A DNA stretch of 64,000 nucleotides from an uncultured bacterium (GTDB taxonomy: Bacteria > Babelota > Babeliae > Babelales > Vermiphilaceae). Position 1 is the stretch's first letter. Every line of letters begins with the position of its first letter. Shown here in pieces: positions 1-8,738 of the stretch. The notes below the pieces were generated by a model. That model did no database searches. It worked only from the letters and a program-made list of their open reading frames with translations, and was not told the DNA's origin. Position numbers and translations under genes: made by a program. Where the stretch lies: contig OY968764.1 of the NCBI GenBank assembly GCA_963695335.1, positions 576,001 through 640,000 of the forward strand, read 5' to 3'.

Positions 1-348
1 TTTACAATATGACTTATAAGTATCATCATCAGAAGCGCTGTCATCATCTTTTTTTCTTTTATGGATGCTTTTGTGACAACCATATGACCAGTAAGTATGT
101 CCTATTGTAGAAAGATTATCATAGTCGTCTTGTAGTGTGCTTTGTTGACGATTGCCAACAATCGTAAGTTTGATATTATCTGTCGCGTCTTCCCAAGAAT
201 CTTTAATGAGATTAATTTTTGTTCCGTTATACAGTAAGCTTAACGATGTTTTTGTCATTCCAAGTAAAGAAATCATCTCTGCTTCTTTTTCCATTCCATG
301 AAGCACCGCAGCAAAAAGAGATGTGAAAATTAAAAGTTTTTTTGTCAT
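1..348 (-). CDS. Secreted hypothetical protein, 3' end beyond window; paralog of 368..1243
   Basis: Not in ORF track. ATG at 348 with AAGGA upstream; reads MTKKLLIFTSLFAAVLHGMEKEAE...LLYNGTKINLIK...DDDTY, similar to VLYGTTINVST...HDDTW of the neighbour; open to window edge. Confidence 0.75.
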   Translation of the reverse strand, partial: MTKKLLIFTSLFAAVLHGMEKEAEMISLLGMTKTSLSLLYNGTKINLIKDSWEDATDNIKLTIVGNRQQSTLQDDYDNLSTIGHTYWSYGCHKSIHKRKKDDDSASDDDTYKSYCK

Positions 349-367
349 GAACGTTCCTTGATTGTTA

Positions 368-1243
368 TTAATATTCATAAAGATGCATCAATTGTAATAT
401 ATAACCAATTACATCGCGAGGTATATCGCGTAAAACACAATTCTCATCTTTATGTGCACAATATAAAAGACATGGCTTTTGCCAATAGTGCGTCAAAAAT
501 GTCGTATATGCTACAAATTCAGATCTCTTTTTGACCCATAATTTTATGCGGTGATATGCGCCTGGATGGTGCATAAGAAAATTGGTTATTGCGGTTAGAG
601 CAATTGGCGCGGCTTTATCGCGAGGAAAACCAACGTCTGCACCAAGTGTTGGGAGAGCTATAGATTTACTTTCAACACAAACACCTTGCTCTAAAACCTT
701 TTCATAGCATAATGTTAAATCTTTTGAAGCTTGCGTGATTGCTTCATTTTCATCAAAAGTTCGTGGTTCCCATAGATTTTGATGTGTATCAAATCTTGGT
801 ACTTGATATCTGGGTATTGGGACTAATGTATTGAAAGGGTCATGATAATAACCTTTTAATGTGATATGTGGTTCTGTAATTACCATGACTATTGCTGACT
901 GGCTTATGACATTTTTTTGTGCTTCTTTTATTCTGTTTTCATGTCCAAAAAACTCCCATGTATCGTCGTGATAATAGCTTTTATTATCTTTATTTTTCCA
1001 GTAAATATGATCTTGATATAATATTGTTCCTGGTTTGTCATTCATTGTGTCAGAATTCTTGAGTAAACATTGATCATGGCATCCAGCTACAAACAGATCG
1101 ATATTAACAAGGTTACTTAAAAATTTTGTACTGACATTAATGGTGGTTCCATACAACACGATGCTGAATTTATCAGGTTTTTCCATCGCACGAGCAGTAC
1201 AAAAAACTAAAAAATATATGCATAATACGAGGATTTTTTTCAT
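368..1243 (-). CDS. Secreted macrodomain-like protein with short C-terminal F-box/SOCS-like tail
   Basis: ATG 1243 MKKILVL...ARAME; C-terminal CYEKVL...KSIALPTLGADVGFPRDKAAPIALTAITNFL resembles the macro-domain SIAFPxISTGxxGFP motif; ends LRDIPRDVIGYILQLM. Confidence 0.6.
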   Translation of the reverse strand: MKKILVLCIYFLVFCTARAMEKPDKFSIVLYGTTINVSTKFLSNLVNIDLFVAGCHDQCLLKNSDTMNDKPGTILYQDHIYWKNKDNKSYYHDDTWEFFGHENRIKEAQKNVISQSAIVMVITEPHITLKGYYHDPFNTLVPIPRYQVPRFDTHQNLWEPRTFDENEAITQASKDLTLCYEKVLEQGVCVESKSIALPTLGADVGFPRDKAAPIALTAITNFLMHHPGAYHRIKLWVKKRSEFVAYTTFLTHYWQKPCLLYCAHKDENCVLRDIPRDVIGYILQLMHLYEY

Positions 1244-1375
1244 CGAGATTCCTTGTTTTGGAATACGCAAAGATAGTATGCATCATAGTAAAAAAAATAT
1301 GCAAAAGCTTGCATAATTTTAATCACGATGCTATTAATCGAAGGGTTAGTATAATATTGTCCAAAACAAGAGAGG

Positions 1376-2002
1376 ATGAGTATGAAACGGTACGCAATGG
1401 AATTTGTCGGTACGTTTTTTTTGACGGTTGCAATTAGTTTAATTGTTAATCCAATTGCAATTGGCCTTATGTTGATGGCGATGATTTATATTGGTGGGCA
1501 CATTTCTGGTGCACATTTTAATCCAGCAATTACGTTTGCATGTTTTGTTCAAAATAGATTTAAACTTGAAGAAGCAGCTAAATATATTGTAGCGCAAACT
1601 CTTGGAGCTCTTTTGGCTCTTTGTTTCTTTATGATGATTACAAACAATAGTTTTACCTTGGATATGGTTCCGGGAAGTCCATTACTTGCTCCAATGGCAA
1701 TTGAAGCATTGTTAACATTAGTGTTGTGTTGGGTGTACTTGGTAATGAATTATGAAAACCGTTATAAAAATTCAATGATACCGGGTTTTGTTATTGGATT
1801 AACATTGATGGCAATTGTTTCTGCTGGCAGTCTCTTCAATCCAGGTGTTGCGATGGGATCGATGCTTTGCAGTCTTATTAAAGATGGCATGTGCGGTGGA
1901 ATGGGAACTGTTTTAGTATATGTTGTTGCACCATTGATCGGTGGTTGTGCAGCATCGTATATGTTCAATTATTTCCGTTCGGATTTTACGCAGCAGTATT
2001 AA
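1376..2002 (+). CDS. aqpZ: Aquaporin (MIP family)
   Basis: EFVGTFFL, GHISGAHFNPAIT, second motif LFNPG, YVVAPLIGG; hydrophobic throughout. Confidence 0.88.
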   Translation: MSMKRYAMEFVGTFFLTVAISLIVNPIAIGLMLMAMIYIGGHISGAHFNPAITFACFVQNRFKLEEAAKYIVAQTLGALLALCFFMMITNNSFTLDMVPGSPLLAPMAIEALLTLVLCWVYLVMNYENRYKNSMIPGFVIGLTLMAIVSAGSLFNPGVAMGSMLCSLIKDGMCGGMGTVLVYVVAPLIGGCAASYMFNYFRSDFTQQY

Positions 2003-2020
2003 TTTTTAGATATTAAAATA

Positions 2021-2054
2021 AAAAAGAGGTGTGGAATGTTCCGCACCTCTTTTT
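2021..2054. terminator. Bidirectional intrinsic terminator
   Basis: aaaaagaggtgtggaa..ttccgcacctcttttt hairpin with A/T tails between convergent genes. Confidence 0.8.
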
Positions 2055-2072
2055 GTTGCATATATATATGCG

Positions 2073-3080
2073 TTAAGAAGTTGTTATGTGTTGTGATAGA
2101 CAATCAATAATGTCTTGATGTTTATATTCTTTGGCAAGCGCAAGAGCATCTTTGCCATCATTGTTTTTGATTAACAAGTTTGCGCCATGTTCAGCAAGAC
2201 ATGTTAGGCATACTAGATTCCCTGCTTGTGCTGCGAGCATAAGTGGTGTATTGCCGTCATCATCTGGTAAATCAATTTTGATACCCATTACTGCTTGCAG
2301 TAAATGAAAGGGGTTGCCTTTTTTGATGAAAGGAAAAAATGGAGAACGATATATTTTATTAGTAGCCGCAGCAATAAGCGTATTTTGAGCGTGTTGCAGA
2401 AGCTTTTTTATTGCAACAGAATTTTGTATGATTTTTATAATTTCATCAAAAAGTAAATCTTTGCTTTTTTGATCACGATATTCTGGTTGAAGTTCCCAAA
2501 AAGAGATATATTCACCAAAAGACGGTGTATCCCAATAGTTATGCTCAATAATGCCGAGTCCTGTTCCTATTTTTGATTTTAATCTGCCATCTCCAATAAC
2601 TTTGGCAAAGTGTTCGATGGAATTATTATTGTTTTTATCGTGATAAACAGCCAAATCTCCTGCTTGAGGAAACTGTTTTTGATCAAAAAATGTATGTGGC
2701 ATACCAATATAAAGAGCCCAATCTTGTGATCCAAGAATAGATTGTTCTATTTGTTCAAATTGCGTTTTTGATAATCCCAAGCATTCGCGCATGGCATAAT
2801 TAAAACAAACACCAATGCGTGGTATTTTTGGTATGACTTCTAACGTATTATTGGGAAATAGAGCGTGCATTTTTTGATAATCGATAGATCCGTTATCAAG
2901 ATTCATGCAATTCTTATCGCATTCATCTCTGTTTTTAAAGAGAGTCTGGTCATTTGGGAGAACAAGAGGCTTGAATTTTAAATTATGATTACGTTTTTCT
3001 AGCTCCATGCAATACATGAATAGCGGTAAAATAAGTAGAAAAAGGAATAACGGAAGTTTGGTTGGGTAATGTTTAAACAT
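2073..3080 (-). CDS. Secreted papain-like (Cys/His) domain protein with C-terminal ankyrin repeats
   Basis: Signal peptide ...MYCMELEK; CFNYA...GDLAVY...HFAKV...KSKIG; ankyrin GNTPLMLAAQAGN, GKDALALA. Start could be 3113. Confidence 0.7.
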   Translation of the reverse strand: MFKHYPTKLPLFLFLLILPLFMYCMELEKRNHNLKFKPLVLPNDQTLFKNRDECDKNCMNLDNGSIDYQKMHALFPNNTLEVIPKIPRIGVCFNYAMRECLGLSKTQFEQIEQSILGSQDWALYIGMPHTFFDQKQFPQAGDLAVYHDKNNNNSIEHFAKVIGDGRLKSKIGTGLGIIEHNYWDTPSFGEYISFWELQPEYRDQKSKDLLFDEIIKIIQNSVAIKKLLQHAQNTLIAAATNKIYRSPFFPFIKKGNPFHLLQAVMGIKIDLPDDDGNTPLMLAAQAGNLVCLTCLAEHGANLLIKNNDGKDALALAKEYKHQDIIDCLSQHITTS

Positions 3081-3166
3081 GACTTTTTTGTTGTTTAAAA
3101 ATGTTTTCGCCATTAGCGATGATTATAACAACAAATTATTATATTAAAAGAAGTGGAGAAATCGAT

Positions 3167-3838
3167 TTATAAATAATGGTTAATTTTTTGTTTTTTATAT
3201 GATTTTTGGCCATTATTAAATGCTTCAGCATCATCACGAATGGTTTTTCTTAAACGCTCTTTATCATTTTGATATTTGTTTTTTAGGGTCCAATAACTGA
3301 TTGCGTTGCCGTAAGAAAGCGGAACTGCAAATGGTTGATGCTGTGTAATTTTTTTTAATCTGCCAAATTGTGATTCAAAAATAGTATTATCTATATCAAC
3401 AATACGAGTAAAATGGTTGATGATATAACTATCTTCATTGTCTGTGTAGAGTGCAAGATCATTATTTTTTGGTTTAACTGTTTGTTTAAAATATTTTTCT
3501 ACATTGATGGTTGATTTTTGACGGCCATTCTTTTTTTTATACAGCTTTAAAGGTGTGGTATTGCCGGTTATTTGAGCGATTGCATAGTTAAAACATCTTC
3601 CTTGTTGTTCTTCTTCTGTTGCATCTCTTACAATAGTGACATCTTTGATGGGATTAAGTTCTCCTCTTTCAGCAAATTTGATCCATTTGCTGATATAATC
3701 CCTGTGATGTGCTGCAAGACTATCAGGCTGCTGTGTGATTGGTTTGTGTTTAAATTCGCTGAGCATGCAACTGTTTGCAGTGAAACTTGTGATAAAAAAG
3801 ACAGCAATAAAAAGCTTGATTTGATTTGATATATACAT
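3167..3838 (-). CDS. Secreted papain-like domain protein, paralog of 2073..3080
   Basis: Signal peptide; CFNYAI...NDLALY...HFTR...ESQFG...VPLSYGNAISYW. Confidence 0.65.
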   Translation of the reverse strand: MYISNQIKLFIAVFFITSFTANSCMLSEFKHKPITQQPDSLAAHHRDYISKWIKFAERGELNPIKDVTIVRDATEEEQQGRCFNYAIAQITGNTTPLKLYKKKNGRQKSTINVEKYFKQTVKPKNNDLALYTDNEDSYIINHFTRIVDIDNTIFESQFGRLKKITQHQPFAVPLSYGNAISYWTLKNKYQNDKERLRKTIRDDAEAFNNGQKSYKKQKINHYL

Positions 3839-3894
3839 ATTTAATTCCCCCCTTATTTATCATATTATCAAATAGAAAATTTATGTCAATGTCA

Positions 3895-3932
3895 CCCCTT
3901 GGGTCCCCATTGCAGTGAAACGAAAAATGGGG
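3895..3932. repeat. Family B repeat (partial)
   Basis: gggtccccattgcagtgaaacgaaaaatgggg followed by ttaa. Confidence 0.65.
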
Positions 3933-4018
3933 TTAAAGATGGGGTAGATTGAAAGATCTGCTATTTGAGCTATTCTAGATATATATTGAGGTATTTTTTT
4001 ATTAAAAAAGAGCTGAAA

Positions 4019-6409
4019 ATGAAAATATCATTAAATTGGATTTTTGATCATATCAAAGGCGAACTTGCACGCGTGGATGTTAAGCAACTGGTTGATGCAT
4101 TTATACGCACCACAGCAGAGATTGAAGGATGGCGCAAAGTTGCAATCAATACAGATAATCTGACACTTGTAGACGTTGTAGCAGTTGAGGGTGCTAATGT
4201 TACCGCGCATTCAGCGGAGCGTAACAAGAATTATACATTGCCAGCACGAGCAGATGCCGTTATTGGGGCATGTTTTATGATCGAAGACATTAATAATGCA
4301 CAAAAGTGGGCAACAACAATAATGCTTGGTGGCACCAAAGAGATGCTCATCCCAGCGCTTGATGTGCAAACCAATTTACGTGCAGGCGGTTGGAAGTCAG
4401 CAATTGAATTGAGCGATTATATTGTAGAAATTGATAATAAATCAATCAACAGTCGTCCTGATTTGTGGGGGCACCGTGGCCTTGCGCGTGAAATTGCTGC
4501 CATTTTAAATTTAGAATTAAAATCAGCTGATGAATTGATGGCCAAAAAAGATGTTATGGCACATGAACTTTCAGCACAAGCTACGTCTTATAACCCATTT
4601 GATATCACCATTGAAAATTCAAAGTTATGCAGCCGCTTTGCGGCATTATATGTGTCATCTGTTGTTCCACGAGCATCACAACTCAATACCGTTGTCCGTT
4701 TAAGCCGTGTTGATAGCAGATCAATTGATACGCTTGTTGATGCAACTAATTATGTGATGCTCGATCTTGGTCAACCAATGCATGCGTTTGATGCTGATAC
4801 ATTCCAATCAAAAAAAATAACTATTGCTGCAGCGCAACCTAAAGAGAAATTATTGTTACTCGATGGTGAAACCATCGAACTCACCCCAGAAGACGTGGTG
4901 ATCACCGATGGCGGTAAAGCAGTATCACTTGCGGGTGTTATGGGCGGTGCCAAAAGTGGTGTTTCTGCACATACAAAATCGTTATTAATAGAATCAGCAA
5001 CTTTTGATGCAGCAACAATCAGACGCACATCAGCGCGTCATAAAAAAAGAACTGAAGCCTCTATGCGTTTTGAAAAAAGTCTTGATCCTCATCAAAACAT
5101 TGATGCATTACGACGTTTTTTATTTTTACTTGATAAAGCGCATGTTACGTACCAAGCGGGTGATCGTATTGTATCATTAGGTACATGCCCAGATCAGACA
5201 TTTATTACCGTTGAACATACTTTTATAGAAGCACGTCTTGGTATTATTATTAAACCAGAGCGTGTGATTGCTATTTTGGAGCATATTGCATTTGAGGTAG
5301 AGCAATCAGTTGAACATGATACTGTTGTGTACACCGTTGCAGTTCCATCATTCAGAGCAACCAAAGATGTTAAAATTCCTGAAGATATTGTAGAAGAGAT
5401 TGGCCGTTACGTTGGGTATGATTCATTACCACGCGTCATGCCATCATTACAATTGCGACCATCTGATTTACACACAACATATACAACGCGTGCAATAAAA
5501 AAATTCTTGAGCTACGGCCTCATGATGCATGAACTGTATGGATATTCTTTTTTTGATGAATCATGGTTGCGAGAACTGAAGTGGCAACCGACAGATTTTA
5601 TTTCTGTGCAAAATCCTATTTCTGAAAATCATACTCGTTTGATTACAACGTTGCAGCCGCATATGTTAAAAGCAGTTGCGGATAACAGTATTCATCATAC
5701 AGCCTTACGCTTTTATGAATGGGGACGTGTATGGCATAAGCAGGGTGATGATATTATTGAACAAAAGTCGTTGAGTGGAATATTTTACGACCAATCTGGA
5801 TGTGATTTTTACACCAGCAAAGCAATGTTAAATCGTTTATTTGATCTGCTGCACATGAATGTGACATGGTCACCATCCTTCGACCCAGCCTTCGCCGAGG
5901 CTTCGGCGGGTAGGCGGGCGTTTACTACTGAGCAAAGTCGAAGTATCAGGACGAGCGGGGTGGGTGGCGCTGAATATTCATGGCTTTCATCCAATCAAAC
6001 AGCAGCATTGATGCATGAAGACAAATGCATTGGTGTTGCAGGAATGGTAGAAAATATGTCAGCATTTATGTTTGAAATTAACGCTGATCATCTTATTAAT
6101 TATAGACGTCCGCAGCCACGGTTTGTACCATTATCTAAGTATCCATCCGTGCGCCGTGATGTGAGTATGTTGATTCCTGCTGCAATCAGTGTTGATGCAT
6201 TGACGCAGATGATTAAAGAGGTTGATACGCGCATTCAAGATGTGGCACTTCTTGATTTCTTCACTAAGCCTGAATGGAAAGATCAGAAGGCGATGACATT
6301 CCATGTTGAGATGGGTGATCGGGAAAAAACACTTGTTGCGGATGAAGTGGAACAGATTTGGAGTAAGGTTGTTGCTCAGCTGCAAGAGCAAGGGGCGGTT
6401 ATTAGATAA
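4019..6409 (+). CDS. pheT: Phenylalanine-tRNA ligase beta subunit with in-frame repeat insertion
   Basis: MKISLNWI, RPDLWGHRGLAREIAA, NYVMLDLGQPMHAFD, EDIVEEIGRYVGY, SKYPSVRRDVS; ATG 4019 preferred to TTG 3965. Confidence 0.95.
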   Translation: MKISLNWIFDHIKGELARVDVKQLVDAFIRTTAEIEGWRKVAINTDNLTLVDVVAVEGANVTAHSAERNKNYTLPARADAVIGACFMIEDINNAQKWATTIMLGGTKEMLIPALDVQTNLRAGGWKSAIELSDYIVEIDNKSINSRPDLWGHRGLAREIAAILNLELKSADELMAKKDVMAHELSAQATSYNPFDITIENSKLCSRFAALYVSSVVPRASQLNTVVRLSRVDSRSIDTLVDATNYVMLDLGQPMHAFDADTFQSKKITIAAAQPKEKLLLLDGETIELTPEDVVITDGGKAVSLAGVMGGAKSGVSAHTKSLLIESATFDAATIRRTSARHKKRTEASMRFEKSLDPHQNIDALRRFLFLLDKAHVTYQAGDRIVSLGTCPDQTFITVEHTFIEARLGIIIKPERVIAILEHIAFEVEQSVEHDTVVYTVAVPSFRATKDVKIPEDIVEEIGRYVGYDSLPRVMPSLQLRPSDLHTTYTTRAIKKFLSYGLMMHELYGYSFFDESWLRELKWQPTDFISVQNPISENHTRLITTLQPHMLKAVADNSIHHTALRFYEWGRVWHKQGDDIIEQKSLSGIFYDQSGCDFYTSKAMLNRLFDLLHMNVTWSPSFDPAFAEASAGRRAFTTEQSRSIRTSGVGGAEYSWLSSNQTAALMHEDKCIGVAGMVENMSAFMFEINADHLINYRRPQPRFVPLSKYPSVRRDVSMLIPAAISVDALTQMIKEVDTRIQDVALLDFFTKPEWKDQKAMTFHVEMGDREKTLVADEVEQIWSKVVAQLQEQGAVIR
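5877..5958 (+). repeat. Composite A/C palindromic repeat inside pheT
   Basis: ccttcgac-ccagccttcgccgaggcttcggcgggtagg-cgggcgtttactactgagcaaagtcgaagta-tcaggacgagcgg; 5879-5948 matches 6889-6958 at 68/70 nt. Confidence 0.9.
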
Positions 6410-6410
6410 A

Positions 6411-6860
6411 ATGAACAAAAAATTGTATTGTTTTTCAGCGTTCGCCATTTTTATTCTCGACCGCGCAACAAAATTATTAGCACTCAGATGGTGCATGGAA
6501 TTTCCATGCACCATTAATCAATTTCTCTCCTTTGAAGTTGTTTTTAATCGCGGAATTTCATGGGGCATGTTTCATTCGCAAAGTGACGCCCTTTTTTTTG
6601 TTGTGTCAGCAATCATTGCAATCATAACTGCACTGCTGTGTGGATACGCATATCAGCAATATAAGCAAGGCAAGTCAATCGTAGCAGAAGTTTGTATTAT
6701 TACAGGTTCGTGCTGCAATTTGATTGATCGTGTTATATACGGCGGCGTGGTTGATTTTATTATACTTTCATATGAACAACTTTCATGGCCTGTTTTTAAT
6801 ATTGCAGATGCAGTTATTGTGTTTGGTGTTGGGTTGTTTTTACTCCGCTATGAGAAGTAA
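6411..6860 (+). CDS. lspA: Lipoprotein signal peptidase II
   Basis: DRATK, NRGISWG, NLIDRVIYGGVVDFI, WPVFNIADAVI; ATG two nt after pheT stop. Confidence 0.93.
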   Translation: MNKKLYCFSAFAIFILDRATKLLALRWCMEFPCTINQFLSFEVVFNRGISWGMFHSQSDALFFVVSAIIAIITALLCGYAYQQYKQGKSIVAEVCIITGSCCNLIDRVIYGGVVDFIILSYEQLSWPVFNIADAVIVFGVGLFLLRYEK

Positions 6861-6877
6861 AAAGTTTTATTCAAAAA

Positions 6878-6968
6878 CGTTCGTATATTTCGACCCAGCC
6901 TTCGCCAAGGCTTCGGCGGGCAGGCGGGCGTTTACTACTGAGCAAAGTCGAAGTATCAATACGAATGG
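6878..6968 (+). repeat. Composite A/C palindromic repeat, intergenic copy
   Basis: Near-identical to the pheT insert, flanked by cgttcgta...tacgaatg arms. Confidence 0.9.
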
Positions 6969-6994
6969 AAGAAAAAATTATTAATCAGTTTAAT

Positions 6995-7051
6995 CCCCAT
7001 TTTCAGTTCTTTCCGATGGGGACCCCGATTGGAACGAAGTGGAAATTGGGG
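6995..7051. repeat. Family B repeat
   Basis: ccccattttcagttctttccgatggggaccccgattggaacgaagtggaaattgggg. Confidence 0.88.
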
Positions 7052-7761
7052 CAAAAGGATACGAACACATATATGTTTCAAGATTGATAAAAAATTTAAT
7101 ACTTAATCATACATACTTTATATTCCATGTTATTCGTACGTTCCTCATGCCATCACTCTGCGCATCCTGCAAAATTTTTTTATCAACAACTGATATTTTT
7201 TGTGATACGTGCAAACGTACTATTTTTTCCATAGTTTCCAAAGAAGTAGATGTAACACCCAGTTTTTCTATGAAGGTGTTTGCACTTTCTGATTACAAAG
7301 ATCCGCTCAAAAAACTTATTTTGGCAAAAGGGTGGTCAGATACTGTTGCAAGTTATCAAATGGGACAACTGTTATCTGAATTGCCAGCATTGCAACAACT
7401 TGATTGTGATGTTATTGTGCCCATTCCATTGCATTGGACGCGTTATGCATGGCGCGGTTTTAACCAAGCAGAAGAGATTGCGCGTGTTATTCACAAGAAA
7501 AAAAATGTGCCACTCAAACATCTTATTAAAAGAATAAAAAAGACAGCATTCCAATCAACGTTGGTTTCTTCTTTGCGAGGAGAGAATCTTAAAGATGCAT
7601 TTGTGTTACATGAAAAGTGTGCACAAGATTATGTGGGTAAACATATTTTATTGGTTGATGATTTGATGACAACAGGATCAACGCTGCGTTCAGCAGCAAA
7701 AGTGCTATTGCAATTAAAGCCAAACAAAATTACGGTGGCGGTTGTGTGTAGAGTTGTATAA
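7039..7761 (+). CDS. comF: ComF family phosphoribosyltransferase-like competence protein
   Basis: CASC...CDTC zinc motif, VPIPLH..R...RGFNQAEEIA, LLVDDLMTTGSTL. Listed GTG lies inside a repeat, so the true start is probably downstream (TTG 7084 or ATG 7147). Confidence 0.85.
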   Translation: MEIGAKGYEHIYVSRLIKNLILNHTYFIFHVIRTFLMPSLCASCKIFLSTTDIFCDTCKRTIFSIVSKEVDVTPSFSMKVFALSDYKDPLKKLILAKGWSDTVASYQMGQLLSELPALQQLDCDVIVPIPLHWTRYAWRGFNQAEEIARVIHKKKNVPLKHLIKRIKKTAFQSTLVSSLRGENLKDAFVLHEKCAQDYVGKHILLVDDLMTTGSTLRSAAKVLLQLKPNKITVAVVCRVV

Positions 7762-7767
7762 AAAAGT

Positions 7768-7792
7768 AAGGCCAGGTTTTTATGCTGGCCTT
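7768..7792. terminator. Intrinsic terminator-like hairpin
   Basis: aaggccag...ctggcctt between convergent genes; nearly the same hairpin at 8699-8725. Confidence 0.65.
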
Positions 7793-7802
7793 GTGTTGTA
7801 TT

Positions 7803-8681
7803 TTAGTACTCGATTTGATTGATAGCGTTGAGTTTGGACAGTAAGTCAACAAGAAGACAGAGTAAGTGATCTGTTTTTTCAGTGGTTTGTTTCATTGGAT
7901 CGGTTATGTTTATTTTGTCTAAAATGCGTTGGTTATTATAAGATTCTTCAATATTTACTGGATTTTTTATATCTTTTTCATCATCTGAGCAATAACCGTC
8001 ATCTGTGTTTTTTGGTAATACGAATGTTTTATTGAGCTTGTGAGTGTGTACAAGGGCACGTTTGAATTCTCTGATTTCGTTACATTTTTGAGTGACTAGG
8101 GTATTGCGCTCTCCATTAGCACTCAGATATGTTTTGCGAAGATTTTGCATATCAACAATTCTTGCATGAACGGATCCTTTTAATTCAGTAAGAAGATTAT
8201 TCATTTGATTGATGAATTCATTATCATTGGTCTTTATTGTCTTTGCTAATGCCAACTGTTTTTCTTTATTTTGTGCAGCAAGTAATTGATGCACCATGCA
8301 TGCTTGCCCATCGCCAATTTTTATCTGTTTAGGGTGCTTTGCTACGCACATTCTTAATATATCAGAGATGCGTTCGGTATTTCTTTTAATCGTGTAGATT
8401 TGAAGAGCATTATCTAATTTGTGATGATAACTTGAATTTTCAGGGTCAAACTTTCCAGTTTCTAAATCAGAGTAGAGATTTGCTTCTTCATCCCATATGT
8501 AATCGAATGTTGATCTGACAAAACCTAGACCACGTTTTGTGGGTATTGTTGTTACGATGACAGATTCAGCCATGGGATTTGTTGCAATTTTTGGTTGTTC
8601 TTTCTCCATGCTCAATAAAGCTGATGGAGCAAGCAGTGGGAGTAGGAGGAGTGCATGAGCAAGAGAAATGTTTTTTTTCAT
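7803..8681 (-). CDS. Secreted coiled-coil hypothetical protein
   Basis: Signal peptide ...LLSMEKE; shares NPMAESVI and DLETGKFD with upstream paralog. Confidence 0.75.
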   Translation of the reverse strand: MKKNISLAHALLLLPLLAPSALLSMEKEQPKIATNPMAESVIVTTIPTKRGLGFVRSTFDYIWDEEANLYSDLETGKFDPENSSYHHKLDNALQIYTIKRNTERISDILRMCVAKHPKQIKIGDGQACMVHQLLAAQNKEKQLALAKTIKTNDNEFINQMNNLLTELKGSVHARIVDMQNLRKTYLSANGERNTLVTQKCNEIREFKRALVHTHKLNKTFVLPKNTDDGYCSDDEKDIKNPVNIEESYNNQRILDKINITDPMKQTTEKTDHLLCLLVDLLSKLNAINQIEY

Positions 8682-8698
8682 TATGTTTTCCTTGTGAG

Positions 8699-8725
8699 AA
8701 AGGCCAGCTTTTACACTGGCCTTTT
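8699..8725. terminator. Intrinsic terminator-like hairpin
   Basis: aaaggccag...ctggcctttt after the 8739 stop. Confidence 0.6.
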
Positions 8726-8738
8726 ATTATGTGCTTGG

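Noticed and set aside
6303..6410. 5' extension of lspA
   Set aside because: Overlaps pheT; ATG 6411 gives a normal-length LspA.
6724..6984. 85-aa ORF sharing a peptide with PheT
   Set aside because: Overlaps lspA out of frame; shared peptide is only the translated repeat.
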